A DNA stretch of 64,000 nt from Fidelibacterota bacterium SCGC AAA160-B08 (GTDB taxonomy: Bacteria; Fidelibacterota; Marinisomatia; Marinisomatales; Marinisomataceae): positions 9,402-73,401 of the forward strand of contig AQSD01000001.1 of NCBI GenBank assembly GCA_000402755.1, given 5' to 3'. The translations under genes were made by a program, and so were the position numbers. The number at the start of each line of letters is the position of its first letter. The stretch's first letter is position 1. The notes under the pieces were generated by a model. That model did not search any database, was not told the DNA's origin, and saw only the letters and a program-made list of their open reading frames with translations. Below are positions 30,696 through 40,245 of this stretch, one piece after another.

Positions 30696-32363
30696 TCAAG
30701 CCTCTTTATTAATGATTTTTTGTTGAGCAATTTGCATAAGATTAAAACATAAATAATAAAGGTTTAATCCAGAGGGAAAGCTATAAAAAAGAAAGAACAT
30801 CATCCCCGGAAACATATATTTCATCATTTTTTGTGTAGCCTCTTGTGCAGGATCTCCCCCGCTTGGCTGTGCGGCTGTACTTGCCTGCATTGTATAATAC
30901 ATAGAAGCTGCCATCAAGAAGGGTAAAACATTAAGAGGAACTTCTCCAAGCATAAAAAGAGTGTCTGCCGCAGAAAGGTCTTTAATCCAAAAAACAAAAG
31001 ACTCGCCCCTAAATTCAATAGTATTTCTAAAGACCATAAAAACAGACATTAAAATTGGCATCTGAACCAACATTGGAAGACAGCCGGCAAGAGGATTGAT
31101 TTTATGTTCCTGAAAAAGGGCCGCAATTTTTTGTTGTTGTAGAGTGGGGTTGTTTTTGTATTTAGTTTTTATGGTGTTCATAAGAGGGTTAAGCTCTTGC
31201 ATTTTTTTTGAAGACCTTAACTGTTTAGCCATTAAGGGATAGGTAACGGTTTTAATTAGTACAGCAAAGAGAATAACAACAATACCATAGTTTGGTATTA
31301 GGCTATATAGAAAAGTCATAACCCTATAAACCAGCCAAGAGACAGAAGATAGCCACTGCCAACCAAGTATTTTTTCTTCAATACCGACATTTAGGCGACC
31401 AATTTCTTCATATTCGAGAGGCCCCAAAAATACGTCAACCTGTTCAAAGTTTATATTTTGACTAGTTACAATATCAATTGCAGCACGCCCGCCAGTAGAA
31501 TATTTAGAAAGCTCTACAAAATCTGTTTTTTGGGGAACAAAAAACACCCCAAAATATTTTGTTCTATAACCAACAAACTCGGCTTGTCCGGTATATTGCT
31601 TGGTGTCCCTTTCTATGTCGCTTGAAGACCCACCAAAAATTCCAGCAGACCCCAAACTATAAGATTCTATGTCCCCGCTTTGGCCAACAAGCCCCTCAAG
31701 AAACATAGCGTCCTGTGTTGGTTCTGTAATGGGTAAACCGCCAAACCAGTCCAACCTAAATCTTCCATCTAAAATTTCTTCACGAACACCCCTCAAGTTG
31801 GTGTTCACTACAACCTTATAGCTATCATAAGAAAAGGTAAGATCTTTTTGAACGGTTTTGCCACCCACCTCCAAAACATAAGAAAGGGTTGTTGTTGGGT
31901 TTTCAGGGCCAAGAACAACAGATTTTTTTCCGCCGTCAAACGAAACTCTTTTTTCACCCCAAAACTCGTTTAAAAATATTTCTTCACCAGATTGATTGAT
32001 ATAAGAAACTAAAAGATTGTTTTTGTTTTCTCCGTCTATAAGATCAAGGGTTTCCTCTGATTTTTTTAAGTGTTTTGTAACGAGAAAAGAGTCAAAAGAG
32101 CCACCATTTTTGTTGCTAATTTTTGTAGTAAAAAGTGGCGTTTCTATAACAAAAAAACTTTCTAAGCTTGATTGGTTTGATATTGTAGTAGGTTCGGGGG
32201 AGCTTTTTGTTATTTCTGTGGGGTTGTCACCAAGAACCACCTCTTGTGTTTGGTAGGTTGAGCCTTCTTCTGTTGGCTCCGGTGCAATAAAGTCTAGATA
32301 TGTTGGCCAAAATAATAGGATTGCCCCGATTAAAATAAAACCAATGAGCGTTTTTTGATCCAT
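30696..32363 (-). CDS. yidC: Membrane protein insertase YidC
   Basis: 555 aa with an N-terminal TM helix, a large periplasmic domain and the conserved 60-kDa insertase core (NYGIVVILFAVLIKTVTYPL, GCLPMLVQMPI). Confidence 0.93.
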   Translation of the reverse strand: MDQKTLIGFILIGAILLFWPTYLDFIAPEPTEEGSTYQTQEVVLGDNPTEITKSSPEPTTISNQSSLESFFVIETPLFTTKISNKNGGSFDSFLVTKHLKKSEETLDLIDGENKNNLLVSYINQSGEEIFLNEFWGEKRVSFDGGKKSVVLGPENPTTTLSYVLEVGGKTVQKDLTFSYDSYKVVVNTNLRGVREEILDGRFRLDWFGGLPITEPTQDAMFLEGLVGQSGDIESYSLGSAGIFGGSSSDIERDTKQYTGQAEFVGYRTKYFGVFFVPQKTDFVELSKYSTGGRAAIDIVTSQNINFEQVDVFLGPLEYEEIGRLNVGIEEKILGWQWLSSVSWLVYRVMTFLYSLIPNYGIVVILFAVLIKTVTYPLMAKQLRSSKKMQELNPLMNTIKTKYKNNPTLQQQKIAALFQEHKINPLAGCLPMLVQMPILMSVFMVFRNTIEFRGESFVFWIKDLSAADTLFMLGEVPLNVLPFLMAASMYYTMQASTAAQPSGGDPAQEATQKMMKYMFPGMMFFLFYSFPSGLNLYYLCFNLMQIAQQKIINKEA

Positions 32364-32364
32364 A

Positions 32365-32505
32365 CTAAGAAGAAACTGTTAGTTTTTTACGACCCTTTTT
32401 TCTTCTGGCGGCTAAAACTTTTTTCCCACCCACGTTGGAGTTTCTTTCCATAAAGCCGTGCTTGTTTTTTCTTTTTCTATTGCTAGGTTGATATGTTCTT
32501 TTCAT
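32365..32505 (-). CDS. rpmH: 50S ribosomal protein L34
   Basis: Not in the ORF track because it is under 60 aa. Hand translation of the minus strand gives [46 protein letters not shown] (46 aa), a near-canonical L34. Its stop lies 1 nt from the yidC start. Confidence 0.9.
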   Translation of the reverse strand: MKRTYQPSNRKRKNKHGFMERNSNVGGKKVLAARRKKGRKKLTVSS

Positions 32506-32535
32506 AATGCTTTGTTGCCGAAATATAGCCCAATA

Positions 32536-32556
32536 TTATTGTTTGTGAAACAATAA
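32536..32556. promoter_or_regulatory. 21-bp inverted repeat TTATTGTTT-GTG-AAACAATAA in the divergent rpmH/dnaA promoter region
   Basis: Perfect 9-bp arms with a 3-nt spacer, read directly from the sequence. Function unknown. Confidence 0.3.
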
Positions 32557-32657
32557 AAACTATAGCAAAAAAGAGGGAAAACAAAGAAAAGTTCTGGATA
32601 TCCGTAAAAAAGAATGTTAATCTAATGCAAGACAGTTTATTTTTTTTGTTAACAACT

Positions 32658-32666
32658 TGTGGATAA
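32658..32666. promoter_or_regulatory. Perfect DnaA box (TGTGGATAA) 2 nt upstream of the dnaA ATG
   Basis: Exact reverse complement of the consensus TTATCCACA. It sits at the ribosome-binding position of dnaA, which is consistent with autoregulation. Confidence 0.6.
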
Positions 32667-32668
32667 CT

Positions 32669-34009
32669 ATGGATTATAAAAAAATTTGGAACGAAACAAA
32701 AAAGAATCTAAAAAAGATTCTACCCGAACACGGCTATGAGGCGTGGATAGAAACACTGTCACCTATTGGGGCCACAAAAGAGATTTTTATATTAGAGGCA
32801 CCGAACCAATTTGCGCACGACTGGATTATTAACAATTATTATGACTTAATAGTCTCTTCTTTGAGAGAACAAGACCCAAAAATTGATTTAAGGGTTGCAA
32901 TTGCTCCCCAATCTGAACAAAATGTCTTAGCAACAAGCCTTGCTGACAGCGAGCCAATTAAGCAAAGCAATGCGGGAAGAAGACACAATATAAACAGGGG
33001 AAATACGTTTGATTCTTTTGTAGAGGGCCCAAGCAGTATTTTTGCAAAAAATGCAGCATTAAATGTTTCAAAAAATCCGGGATCTACAGACTTTAACCCA
33101 CTTATTATTTATGGAGGTGTTGGTTTGGGAAAAACACACTTACTCCACGCCATAGCAAACGCCCTTATTAGAGGAAAAAAACAAACCAATGTTGTGTTAG
33201 CCTCATCAGAAAAATTTACCAATGATTTTATTGCAAGCATTCAAGAAAACAAATCAATGGACTTTTCTAAGGTTTATAGAAAAGCAGACGTACTCCTTAT
33301 CGACGATATACAGTTTTTTCAAGGAAAAGAGCAAACACAAGAGCAGTTTTTTCACACATTTAATGACCTATTTACCGCAGGAAAACAAATTGTAATGACG
33401 GCGGACAGGTATCCAGGAGAAATGGTTGGACTTCAAGACAGGCTTCTGTCTAGGTTTGAGTCTGGGCTACACGCAGATATACAGCCGCCAGATTTTGAGA
33501 CCAGAGTTGCGATATTGTCAAAAAAAGCACAACAAAATAACATTAAAATTCCAAGTATATTTTTAGAAAAGATAGCGTCGCACGTTAGAACAAACATTAG
33601 AGACCTAGAAAGTTGCGTTACAAAAATATTTGCTCACGCCACATTTTCTCAAGAAGAAATTAGCGAAGCCCTAGTAGAGTCTATTATTAGAGAAAGGCTT
33701 GGGGATCAAGGCTATGGACAAGCAACGGTGCAAGATATTATAAGCGGCGTCTGCAGTATTTTTGCTGTAAGCCAGGAAGAAATAGTTGGGCAATCCAGAA
33801 GAAAAAATATAGCAGAAGCAAGACAGGTTGCTGCATATTTAGCTAGAGAGGTTTTAGATATGCCGCTCAACTCAATAGGGCTGCACCTCGGAGGAAGAGA
33901 CCACACAACTATTATACATGCACACAAAAAAGTTTCAGAGCTTTTAAAAAGGGATAGTAAATTTAAAAGACGTGTTGATATTATATATAATGAGTTAAAT
34001 TTAAAGTAG
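32669..34009 (+). CDS. dnaA: Chromosomal replication initiator protein DnaA
   Basis: AAA+ motifs NPLIIYGGVGLGKTHLL and LLIDDIQF, plus the C-terminal DNA-binding helix (LGGRDHTTIIHA). ATG at 32669 is preferred over TTG at 32657. Confidence 0.96.
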   Translation: MDYKKIWNETKKNLKKILPEHGYEAWIETLSPIGATKEIFILEAPNQFAHDWIINNYYDLIVSSLREQDPKIDLRVAIAPQSEQNVLATSLADSEPIKQSNAGRRHNINRGNTFDSFVEGPSSIFAKNAALNVSKNPGSTDFNPLIIYGGVGLGKTHLLHAIANALIRGKKQTNVVLASSEKFTNDFIASIQENKSMDFSKVYRKADVLLIDDIQFFQGKEQTQEQFFHTFNDLFTAGKQIVMTADRYPGEMVGLQDRLLSRFESGLHADIQPPDFETRVAILSKKAQQNNIKIPSIFLEKIASHVRTNIRDLESCVTKIFAHATFSQEEISEALVESIIRERLGDQGYGQATVQDIISGVCSIFAVSQEEIVGQSRRKNIAEARQVAAYLAREVLDMPLNSIGLHLGGRDHTTIIHAHKKVSELLKRDSKFKRRVDIIYNELNLK

Positions 34010-34029
34010 AACATTATAAAGGAAAAAAA

Positions 34030-34479
34030 ATGGCAAAAGGAACAGTAAATAAAGTAACATTAATCGGTAGGCTGGGACAAGACCCAGAAATTAGATTTTC
34101 TGGAGACGGAAGAGCTATAGCCTCTTTTAGTGTTGCCACAAACGAAAGCTGGAAAAATAAAAACGGCGAAATACAAGAAAGAACAGAGTGGACAAAATGT
34201 ACCGCTTTTGGCGGAACAGCAGAAAAATATATTCAACCATATGTCAAAAAAGGAAGCCTGGTTTATATCGAAGGTTCTCTAAAGACGGACAAGTGGCAAG
34301 ACAAAGACGGAAATGATAAATATTCAACGGGCGTTGTTTTAAATAATTTTGGTGGGATACAAATTTTAGGTGGAGGCGACAACAACTCAAACTATGACAG
34401 TGCGGGCGGCATGAACCAAACACCAAAAACATCAGAAGAAAATACAAGCCAAGTTACAGAAGACGACCTTCCGTTTTAA
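34030..34479 (+). CDS. ssb: Single-stranded DNA-binding protein
   Basis: OB-fold N-terminus NKVTLIGRLGQDPE, a Gly/Asn-rich linker and the acidic tip DDLPF. Confidence 0.93.
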   Translation: MAKGTVNKVTLIGRLGQDPEIRFSGDGRAIASFSVATNESWKNKNGEIQERTEWTKCTAFGGTAEKYIQPYVKKGSLVYIEGSLKTDKWQDKDGNDKYSTGVVLNNFGGIQILGGGDNNSNYDSAGGMNQTPKTSEENTSQVTEDDLPF

Positions 34480-34488
34480 TAACTCTTT

Positions 34489-35115
34489 GTGAAAAAGTCT
34501 AAACCGAGAAACAAAACAATACGATCGCTTCTTAACATGGTGTCGGTTGTTTTTTGTTTTTTTTTGATCAAAATGACAATAAACGGCAAGAAAAATTTGC
34601 CAAAAAATGGGCCATATATTTTAGCCCCAAACCACATAGACGACATAGATCCCTTTCCTCTTGCTGGAGCAGTGAACAAACCAATTACCTTTTTAATGGC
34701 TCAAGACCAAGCAAAAATTAAGTGGTATAAATACTGGGCGCCATGGTCATACGGAACGCTGCTCATTGATAGGAAAAAAATACAACCCTCCACAATTAAA
34801 GCTGTTCACAAACAAATTAAAAAAAAAGAAATTATATGTATTTTCCCAGAAGGAACCACGATTGGATCTGGGCTAAAAAAAGCAAAAAATGGAGCATCTT
34901 TTTTTGCAGCAAGACACGAAATTCCAATAATTCCCGTAGCAATATCTGGGACAGAAAAAGCGCTCTCCGCAATTAAAAGATTTCAAAGGGCTAAAGTTAC
35001 CCTTAGCTTTGGGGAGCCGATTATTGCTAAAAAAGAAGACATAAAAAAACTAAACGAACTTACTGCACAAACGATGGAAGCAATTAAAAAAATGTTACCA
35101 GAGCAGTATTGTTAA
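34489..35115 (+). CDS. plsC: 1-acyl-sn-glycerol-3-phosphate acyltransferase family
   Basis: The HX4D motif (NHIDDID) and FPEGT motif are present; 208 aa; GTG start. Confidence 0.8.
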   Translation: MKKSKPRNKTIRSLLNMVSVVFCFFLIKMTINGKKNLPKNGPYILAPNHIDDIDPFPLAGAVNKPITFLMAQDQAKIKWYKYWAPWSYGTLLIDRKKIQPSTIKAVHKQIKKKEIICIFPEGTTIGSGLKKAKNGASFFAARHEIPIIPVAISGTEKALSAIKRFQRAKVTLSFGEPIIAKKEDIKKLNELTAQTMEAIKKMLPEQYC

Positions 35116-35483
35116 ACATTGGGGAAAAAATGATATATAGCTTAGACATAACAGCAGAATTAATTTTTCAAATACTACGAATACTACTATCCGTATCTTT
35201 ATTTTTTGTTTGGGTTGTTAGGTATGATAACATTGTTAAAGAGTTTAAAAACGACTACAAGCTACCCGACTGGCTTAGAGACCTGGTTGGGATTGTTAAG
35301 CTTTCTTGTGCCGGGATGCTATTAACAAACGACATCCAGCTTCAGATTGTTTCATTGGGAGCAATTGCTTTGTTAATGTGTGCAGCAGTACTAACCCATA
35401 TTAAAATAAAAAACCCAATAAAAAAAATGATCCCAGCAATTACACTGCTTGGTTTTTGTTTGTTTATGCTATTTTTAGTTTAG
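35109..35483 (+). CDS. Small hypothetical membrane protein (DoxX-like?)
   Basis: 124 aa with four hydrophobic helices. The family assignment is tentative. Confidence 0.45.
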   Translation: MLNIGEKMIYSLDITAELIFQILRILLSVSLFFVWVVRYDNIVKEFKNDYKLPDWLRDLVGIVKLSCAGMLLTNDIQLQIVSLGAIALLMCAAVLTHIKIKNPIKKMIPAITLLGFCLFMLFLV

Positions 35484-36481
35484 TCGTTTACAAAAACAAC
35501 TTTACCTAAAACTTTGCGCTTGGCAATATCCTCAATGGAGGAAACAGCATCTTTCATTGGAACGGTTTTTGATATAAAAGGATTAATTTTACCCTCAGCC
35601 AATAAACCCCCAATAGTTTTAAGGTTTTGTGCGTTGGCGACAGGCTCTTCTTTTTGGAAGCGACCAATAAACACGCCAGAAACAGCACAACCTTTTAACA
35701 ACATTAAGTTAAGAGGAAAAGAAGGAATTTTCCCCGCAGCAAAACCGACCACAAGATAGGTTCCACCCCAACCAATAGACCTTAGAGCTGGCTCAGAAAA
35801 ACAATCACCAATAGGATCGTAAATAATAGAGTAACCACCCCTTTTGCTTTTAGACTTTAACTCCTCAGTAAGGGCAACCTGACCCTCTTTGTCTAGCTTG
35901 TCTTTTCCATATATAATTATATCGTCTGCCCCATACCGAGCACAAACCTCAGCCTTTTCCTTTGTTGATACAGCCGCGACTACTCGCGCCCCATAGGCTT
36001 TTGCTATATCTACAGCAGCTAAACCAACACCGCCTGCGGCACCTAAAACCAACACCTCGTCATCCTTTCCAATATTTGCTCTCTGTATTAGTGCGTGTAA
36101 ACTTGTTCCATAAACCATAAACACTCCAGCTGCAACATGGTGGGGAAAAGAGGGAGGAATGGAAAAAGCAAAATTTTCATGCACCACAATTTTTTCTGCA
36201 AAAGCACCAAACCCCTTAAAAAATGCGACATTGTCTCCAACTTTAGTCGAAGACACCCCCTCACCTATAGAGCTAACAACTCCAGAGCCCTCATGTCCCG
36301 GAGAAAAGGGAAGGTCTGGCCTAAACTGATACAACCCCTGAACTATTAGATGGTCAGGATAGTTTAATCCAGCGGCCTTTACATCTATAACAATTTCATT
36401 TGGTCCGGCTATAGGATCTGGAACCTCCTCCCAAGAAAGTTTTGATACCGGCGCAAACTCTTTACACAATATTGCTTTCAT
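35480..36481 (-). CDS. NADPH:quinone oxidoreductase / zinc-type alcohol dehydrogenase superfamily
   Basis: MDR fold: GLNYPD, the PFSPGHEGSGVV region and the Rossmann motif VLVLGAAGGVGLAAV. Confidence 0.85.
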   Translation of the reverse strand: MKAILCKEFAPVSKLSWEEVPDPIAGPNEIVIDVKAAGLNYPDHLIVQGLYQFRPDLPFSPGHEGSGVVSSIGEGVSSTKVGDNVAFFKGFGAFAEKIVVHENFAFSIPPSFPHHVAAGVFMVYGTSLHALIQRANIGKDDEVLVLGAAGGVGLAAVDIAKAYGARVVAAVSTKEKAEVCARYGADDIIIYGKDKLDKEGQVALTEELKSKSKRGGYSIIYDPIGDCFSEPALRSIGWGGTYLVVGFAAGKIPSFPLNLMLLKGCAVSGVFIGRFQKEEPVANAQNLKTIGGLLAEGKINPFISKTVPMKDAVSSIEDIAKRKVLGKVVFVND

Positions 36482-36493
36482 TTCCCTCTCCTT

Positions 36494-37984
36494 TTAATGT
36501 TTAAAAACTCTTGTTCTCGTAAAAACCATTGAAATTTTATGTTCATTACAGGCGCTTATAATATCCTGATCTTTTATTGATCCACCCGGCTGTATAACAG
36601 CCCTTATTTTGTGTTTCCCCATTAAGTCGATAGAGTCTCTAAAGGGAAAAAAGGCGTCAGAAGCAAGAACCGCACCGGCGGGAATAACCGCCTTTGTTAG
36701 TGCATATTTTACAGCATCAACCCTACTTGTTTGTCCCCCAGAAATACTAATTATTTTGTTATTATGTGCAACAACAATTGCATTTGATTTTGCATGTTTC
36801 ACTGTTTTCCATGCAAGATCAAGGGTTGAGAGCTCGGCTTTTGTTGGGGGTTTTTTTGTAACAGTTTTTACCGCAGAAACGTCTATTTTTGAAAGATCTG
36901 TTTCTTGTATAACCCAGCCACCAGCAATTTCTTTTCCAAGGCTTTTTTTAGGCTTGTATTTGCCAAGAGAAAGCACCCGAAGGTTTTTCTTTTTTGAAAA
37001 AAGAGACAAGGCTGCACTATCAAAGCTTGGGGCAACAATAATTTCAAAAAAAATTTTACTTAACTCTTTTGCGGTTGAAATATCACACCTCTTGTTCATT
37101 GCAATGACTCCACCAAAAGCTGACAGAGGATCTACTTTCAAGGCGTTTAAAAAGGCGGCTTTTGGCGTCTTAGCAGAACCAACCCCACACGGAGAGCCAT
37201 GTTTTACAATCACACAAGACGGCTCTTTAAACTCATGCAGACATAAAAGAGCTGCCTCTCCATCCAGAAAGTTGTTATAGGACATTTCCTTTCCTTGAAG
37301 CTGTTTTGCTTGTGGCAAACCAAAAGAACCGTATTTTTCTTTTAAAACTAAAGCTTTTTGATGAGGGTTCTCGCCATACCTTAAGTGCAGCGAGGAGGCC
37401 CCTAGCTCTGTTGAAATTGCACGATCATAAGAAGCACAATGGTCAAACGCCCTACCTGCTAATTTCAGTCGATCTTTTTCGCCTATTCCACCAGAGGTAA
37501 TTGATTTTTGTATATTTTTATACTCTTTGGGATTAATCACAACGGTTACCCATTTATTGTTTTTTGCGCCAGCCCGAATCATGGTTGGGCCACCAATATC
37601 AATATTTTCTATTTTTTCAGATAAACTTGAGTTTGGATTTTTTGCAACAGCCTGAAAGGGATAGAGGTTACATACAACCATATCAATCCACTGCACATTA
37701 TTTTGTTTTGCCTCTTCTCCGTCTATGTCTCTTTGCCCTAAAATTCCACCCGAAATATTAGGATGCATTGACTTTACCCTTCCACCAAAAATTTCAGGAA
37801 ATTTTGTTAACGAAGAAACGGAGGCCACCTTAATTCCATTTTCTTTAAGGACTTTTGCTGTACCTCCAGTAGCGATAAGTTTAATTTTTTGGCTCTCTAA
37901 AAAACGAGCAAATGGAACGATACCAGCCTTATCTGAAACAGAAAGTAGGGCTGTTTTTGGAATAACTTTATTTGTGGAAACCAT
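36494..37984 (-). CDS. purH: Bifunctional AICAR transformylase / IMP cyclohydrolase
   Basis: MGS-like N-terminus ALLSVSDKAGIV, GGRVK(S)MHP, and C-terminal AICARFT with ...RVFKH; 496 aa. Confidence 0.96.
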   Translation of the reverse strand: MVSTNKVIPKTALLSVSDKAGIVPFARFLESQKIKLIATGGTAKVLKENGIKVASVSSLTKFPEIFGGRVKSMHPNISGGILGQRDIDGEEAKQNNVQWIDMVVCNLYPFQAVAKNPNSSLSEKIENIDIGGPTMIRAGAKNNKWVTVVINPKEYKNIQKSITSGGIGEKDRLKLAGRAFDHCASYDRAISTELGASSLHLRYGENPHQKALVLKEKYGSFGLPQAKQLQGKEMSYNNFLDGEAALLCLHEFKEPSCVIVKHGSPCGVGSAKTPKAAFLNALKVDPLSAFGGVIAMNKRCDISTAKELSKIFFEIIVAPSFDSAALSLFSKKKNLRVLSLGKYKPKKSLGKEIAGGWVIQETDLSKIDVSAVKTVTKKPPTKAELSTLDLAWKTVKHAKSNAIVVAHNNKIISISGGQTSRVDAVKYALTKAVIPAGAVLASDAFFPFRDSIDLMGKHKIRAVIQPGGSIKDQDIISACNEHKISMVFTRTRVFKH

Positions 37985-38373
37985 TACAGCTTTGGAAGTT
38001 CAGGACCTTTTTTATTTACTAGCCTGTCTCTGTGTGCGAGAGCTACTAGAGCTAGCGCTAAAAGAGCAATAGATGCTGACAAATATAATGAATCTAACCC
38101 CGCAACTGTTTCAAAAGAAATATGTCGCGCCAAAGCAAACATCCCAATATATAAAGGATATCTTACTGGAATTTTACCCGTTGAAAAGAAAATAGTTACC
38201 ATTTGCATAATTTCAAGATATATAAAAATCATTAATACATTTTGAACTTTTATAATTCCACTAGAAATAGCATAGCTAATTTCATATCCACAAAGAAATA
38301 ACACCATCCCCAAGATAACAAGATGTAATCCTTTTTCTATAAAAGAAGTTAATTGATATATCATATTATTCAT
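37984..38373 (-). CDS. psiE: PsiE-like (phosphate-starvation-inducible protein E family) membrane protein
   Basis: The core IFIYLEIMQMVTIFFSTGKIPVRYPLYIGMFALARHI matches my recollection of the E. coli PsiE core (YFLYFEFIALIVKYF..G..FPLRYFVYIGITAIVR). Start moved to ATG 38373. Its stop overlaps the purH ATG (TAATG). Confidence 0.6.
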   Translation of the reverse strand: MNNMIYQLTSFIEKGLHLVILGMVLFLCGYEISYAISSGIIKVQNVLMIFIYLEIMQMVTIFFSTGKIPVRYPLYIGMFALARHISFETVAGLDSLYLSASIALLALALVALAHRDRLVNKKGPELPKL

Positions 38374-38941
38374 TTTTACCCCACGATTTAATTGCCTGTA
38401 TAAAGGCTTCACCTTCAAGTTTTTGTACCCTTTTTTTTAGAGTTTCAACAGTATCTCCCTCTAAAACACAACATTTTTTTTGTACCAAAATTGGCCCCTC
38501 GTCAACCTCTGCGGTTACAAGGTGAATTGTACACCCAGTTTCTGCGTCTTTATTTTTCAAAACAGATTCATGAACACTGTTATTCATCCCGCCGGCATAT
38601 TTAGGCAACAAAGAAGGGTGAACGTTTAATACTTTTTTATCCCATTTTGAAATAAACGACTTTGAAAGTATTCTCATAAAGCCAATCAACAAAACCAAAT
38701 CTACCTCTTTTTCAAGCAACTTTTTACTGATTTGTTTGTCAAAACACTCCCTACTCTTTTTTTTATGATCAATAAACAAAAAATCAATACCATATTTTTT
38801 TGCTTTATCAGCTATAGGGGCGTCCCCGTTGTTTGTAATAATAATTTCGATTGATGCAGAAAGCTCGCCAGAAAGAATTGCCTCTGCAATGGGAACCACA
38901 TCAGTCCCTCTTGTGGAGCCCAATATGGCCAACTTAATCAA
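38366..38941 (-). CDS. purN: Phosphoribosylglycinamide formyltransferase
   Basis: LGSTRGT, NVHPSLLP and the HLVTAEVDEGPIL motif are present; 191 aa. Confidence 0.93.
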   Translation of the reverse strand: MIKLAILGSTRGTDVVPIAEAILSGELSASIEIIITNNGDAPIADKAKKYGIDFLFIDHKKKSRECFDKQISKKLLEKEVDLVLLIGFMRILSKSFISKWDKKVLNVHPSLLPKYAGGMNNSVHESVLKNKDAETGCTIHLVTAEVDEGPILVQKKCCVLEGDTVETLKKRVQKLEGEAFIQAIKSWGKNE

Positions 38942-40245
38942 CCCAAAACCTTTTTCATGTGCTTTTTTCGACGACCAATAAGGTCTTTTGTTCCTATGTC
39001 TTTTCTGTGAAAAAGATTTCCACCAATATCAGTAGCTCCTTTTTCAGCAATGCGCTCTGCAATAACAATGTTGGGGTCTACACCAACAAAAGCTGCCGTT
39101 CTTGATCCGGTTGCAACTATTACACCATCTTTCTCTTGCACAGCAGCCAAATATAACCCATCAAGCTTTGTGTTACAAACAACCTCAAAATCTTTGCTTG
39201 GGTTGTTTGGATATCCGACGGGAACAACATATTTACAAACGGTTGCCTTGTTTGCAAAAACAATTTTTAAGTCGGCAAGAGAGCCCGCCACAATGGCGTT
39301 ACAAATATCCATAAAGTCGGTTTCTAAAAGACTTAAAACATTCATTGCTTCAGGGTCTCCAAACCTTGCATTGTATTCGATAACCTTAACCCCATCACCC
39401 GTTAACATAAAGCCACCATATAAAACACCGCGAAATTTTTCACCAGTTTTTTTGTAGAGCTCTGCTGCAACGCGTTCATTAGTTTTTTGGGCGGCCATAA
39501 TATCTTCTTTAGATAAAAAGGGAAGAGAGTGGTCGGCAAAAGAATATGTACCCATTCCACCGGTGTTTGGGCCGACGTCGCCCTCAAAAGCTCTTTTATG
39601 GTCTTGGACTGCGGGCATATGTGCGCAATAAGTCCCATCACAAAAACTCATCAAAGAAAACTCTTCGCCTATAAATTTTTCTTCTATTAAAAAGGTGCCA
39701 CCGCCGTCTACTATATGTTTTGCATAAGAAAGAGACTCTTCAATCGAGTGTAGGTGTTCCCCAGAAATTTTAACGCCCTTTCCACCCATTAGGCCGTCGT
39801 ATTTAATTACATACTGCTCATTTAAATTTTTCAGAAAGTCTTTCACTCCATCTAAAGAAGAAAACTCCATTCTTTCTGGATTTTTCTCCCCATCAAAGAG
39901 ATCTATAATATTCCTTGCAAAAGCCTTGCTAGTTTCTATTCTAGCCACATTTTTTCTTGGGCCAACACAGAGAATACCTTCTTTTTCTAGCGCATCAACA
40001 AGCCCAGCCTCTAGGGGCCCCTCTGGGCCAATAATAGCAAGATCAATTGATAGTTTTTTTGCTACCCCCACCACCACTTCAATCTCGTTTAGTGATTGTT
40101 CAAAATAAGAAGTCGTTAGGATTTTTATTTGCGGGTTGGTGGTTGGTGCAACACAAAACAAAGACAGGGGGGAGCTGCTTTTTTTGATCTGCTTGGCAAT
40201 AGCGACCTCTCTTGCTCCCGAGCCGACTAACAGAACATTTCTCAT
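38938..40245 (-). CDS. purD: Phosphoribosylamine-glycine ligase
   Basis: ATP-grasp layout with VLLVGSGAREVA, LMGGKGV, VIEYNARFGDPE; 435 aa. Confidence 0.95.
   Translation of the reverse strand: MRNVLLVGSGAREVAIAKQIKKSSSPLSLFCVAPTTNPQIKILTTSYFEQSLNEIEVVVGVAKKLSIDLAIIGPEGPLEAGLVDALEKEGILCVGPRKNVARIETSKAFARNIIDLFDGEKNPERMEFSSLDGVKDFLKNLNEQYVIKYDGLMGGKGVKISGEHLHSIEESLSYAKHIVDGGGTFLIEEKFIGEEFSLMSFCDGTYCAHMPAVQDHKRAFEGDVGPNTGGMGTYSFADHSLPFLSKEDIMAAQKTNERVAAELYKKTGEKFRGVLYGGFMLTGDGVKVIEYNARFGDPEAMNVLSLLETDFMDICNAIVAGSLADLKIVFANKATVCKYVVPVGYPNNPSKDFEVVCNTKLDGLYLAAVQEKDGVIVATGSRTAAFVGVDPNIVIAERIAEKGATDIGGNLFHRKDIGTKDLIGRRKKHMKKVLG

Noticed and set aside
32545-32553. TGTGAAACA in the rpmH/dnaA spacer, and TCTGGATAT at about 32594, considered as extra DnaA boxes.
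   Set aside because: They have three and two mismatches to TGTGGATAA respectively, which is not convincing without a scored matrix scan.
36609-38072. Plus-strand ORFs of 223 and 115 aa antisense to purH and psiE. The same pattern occurs opposite the M16 peptidase (17826-18209, 18529-18864), purD (39050-39457) and purL (47294-47650).
   Set aside because: These are the same shadow-ORF pattern inside well-supported genes, with no independent support.
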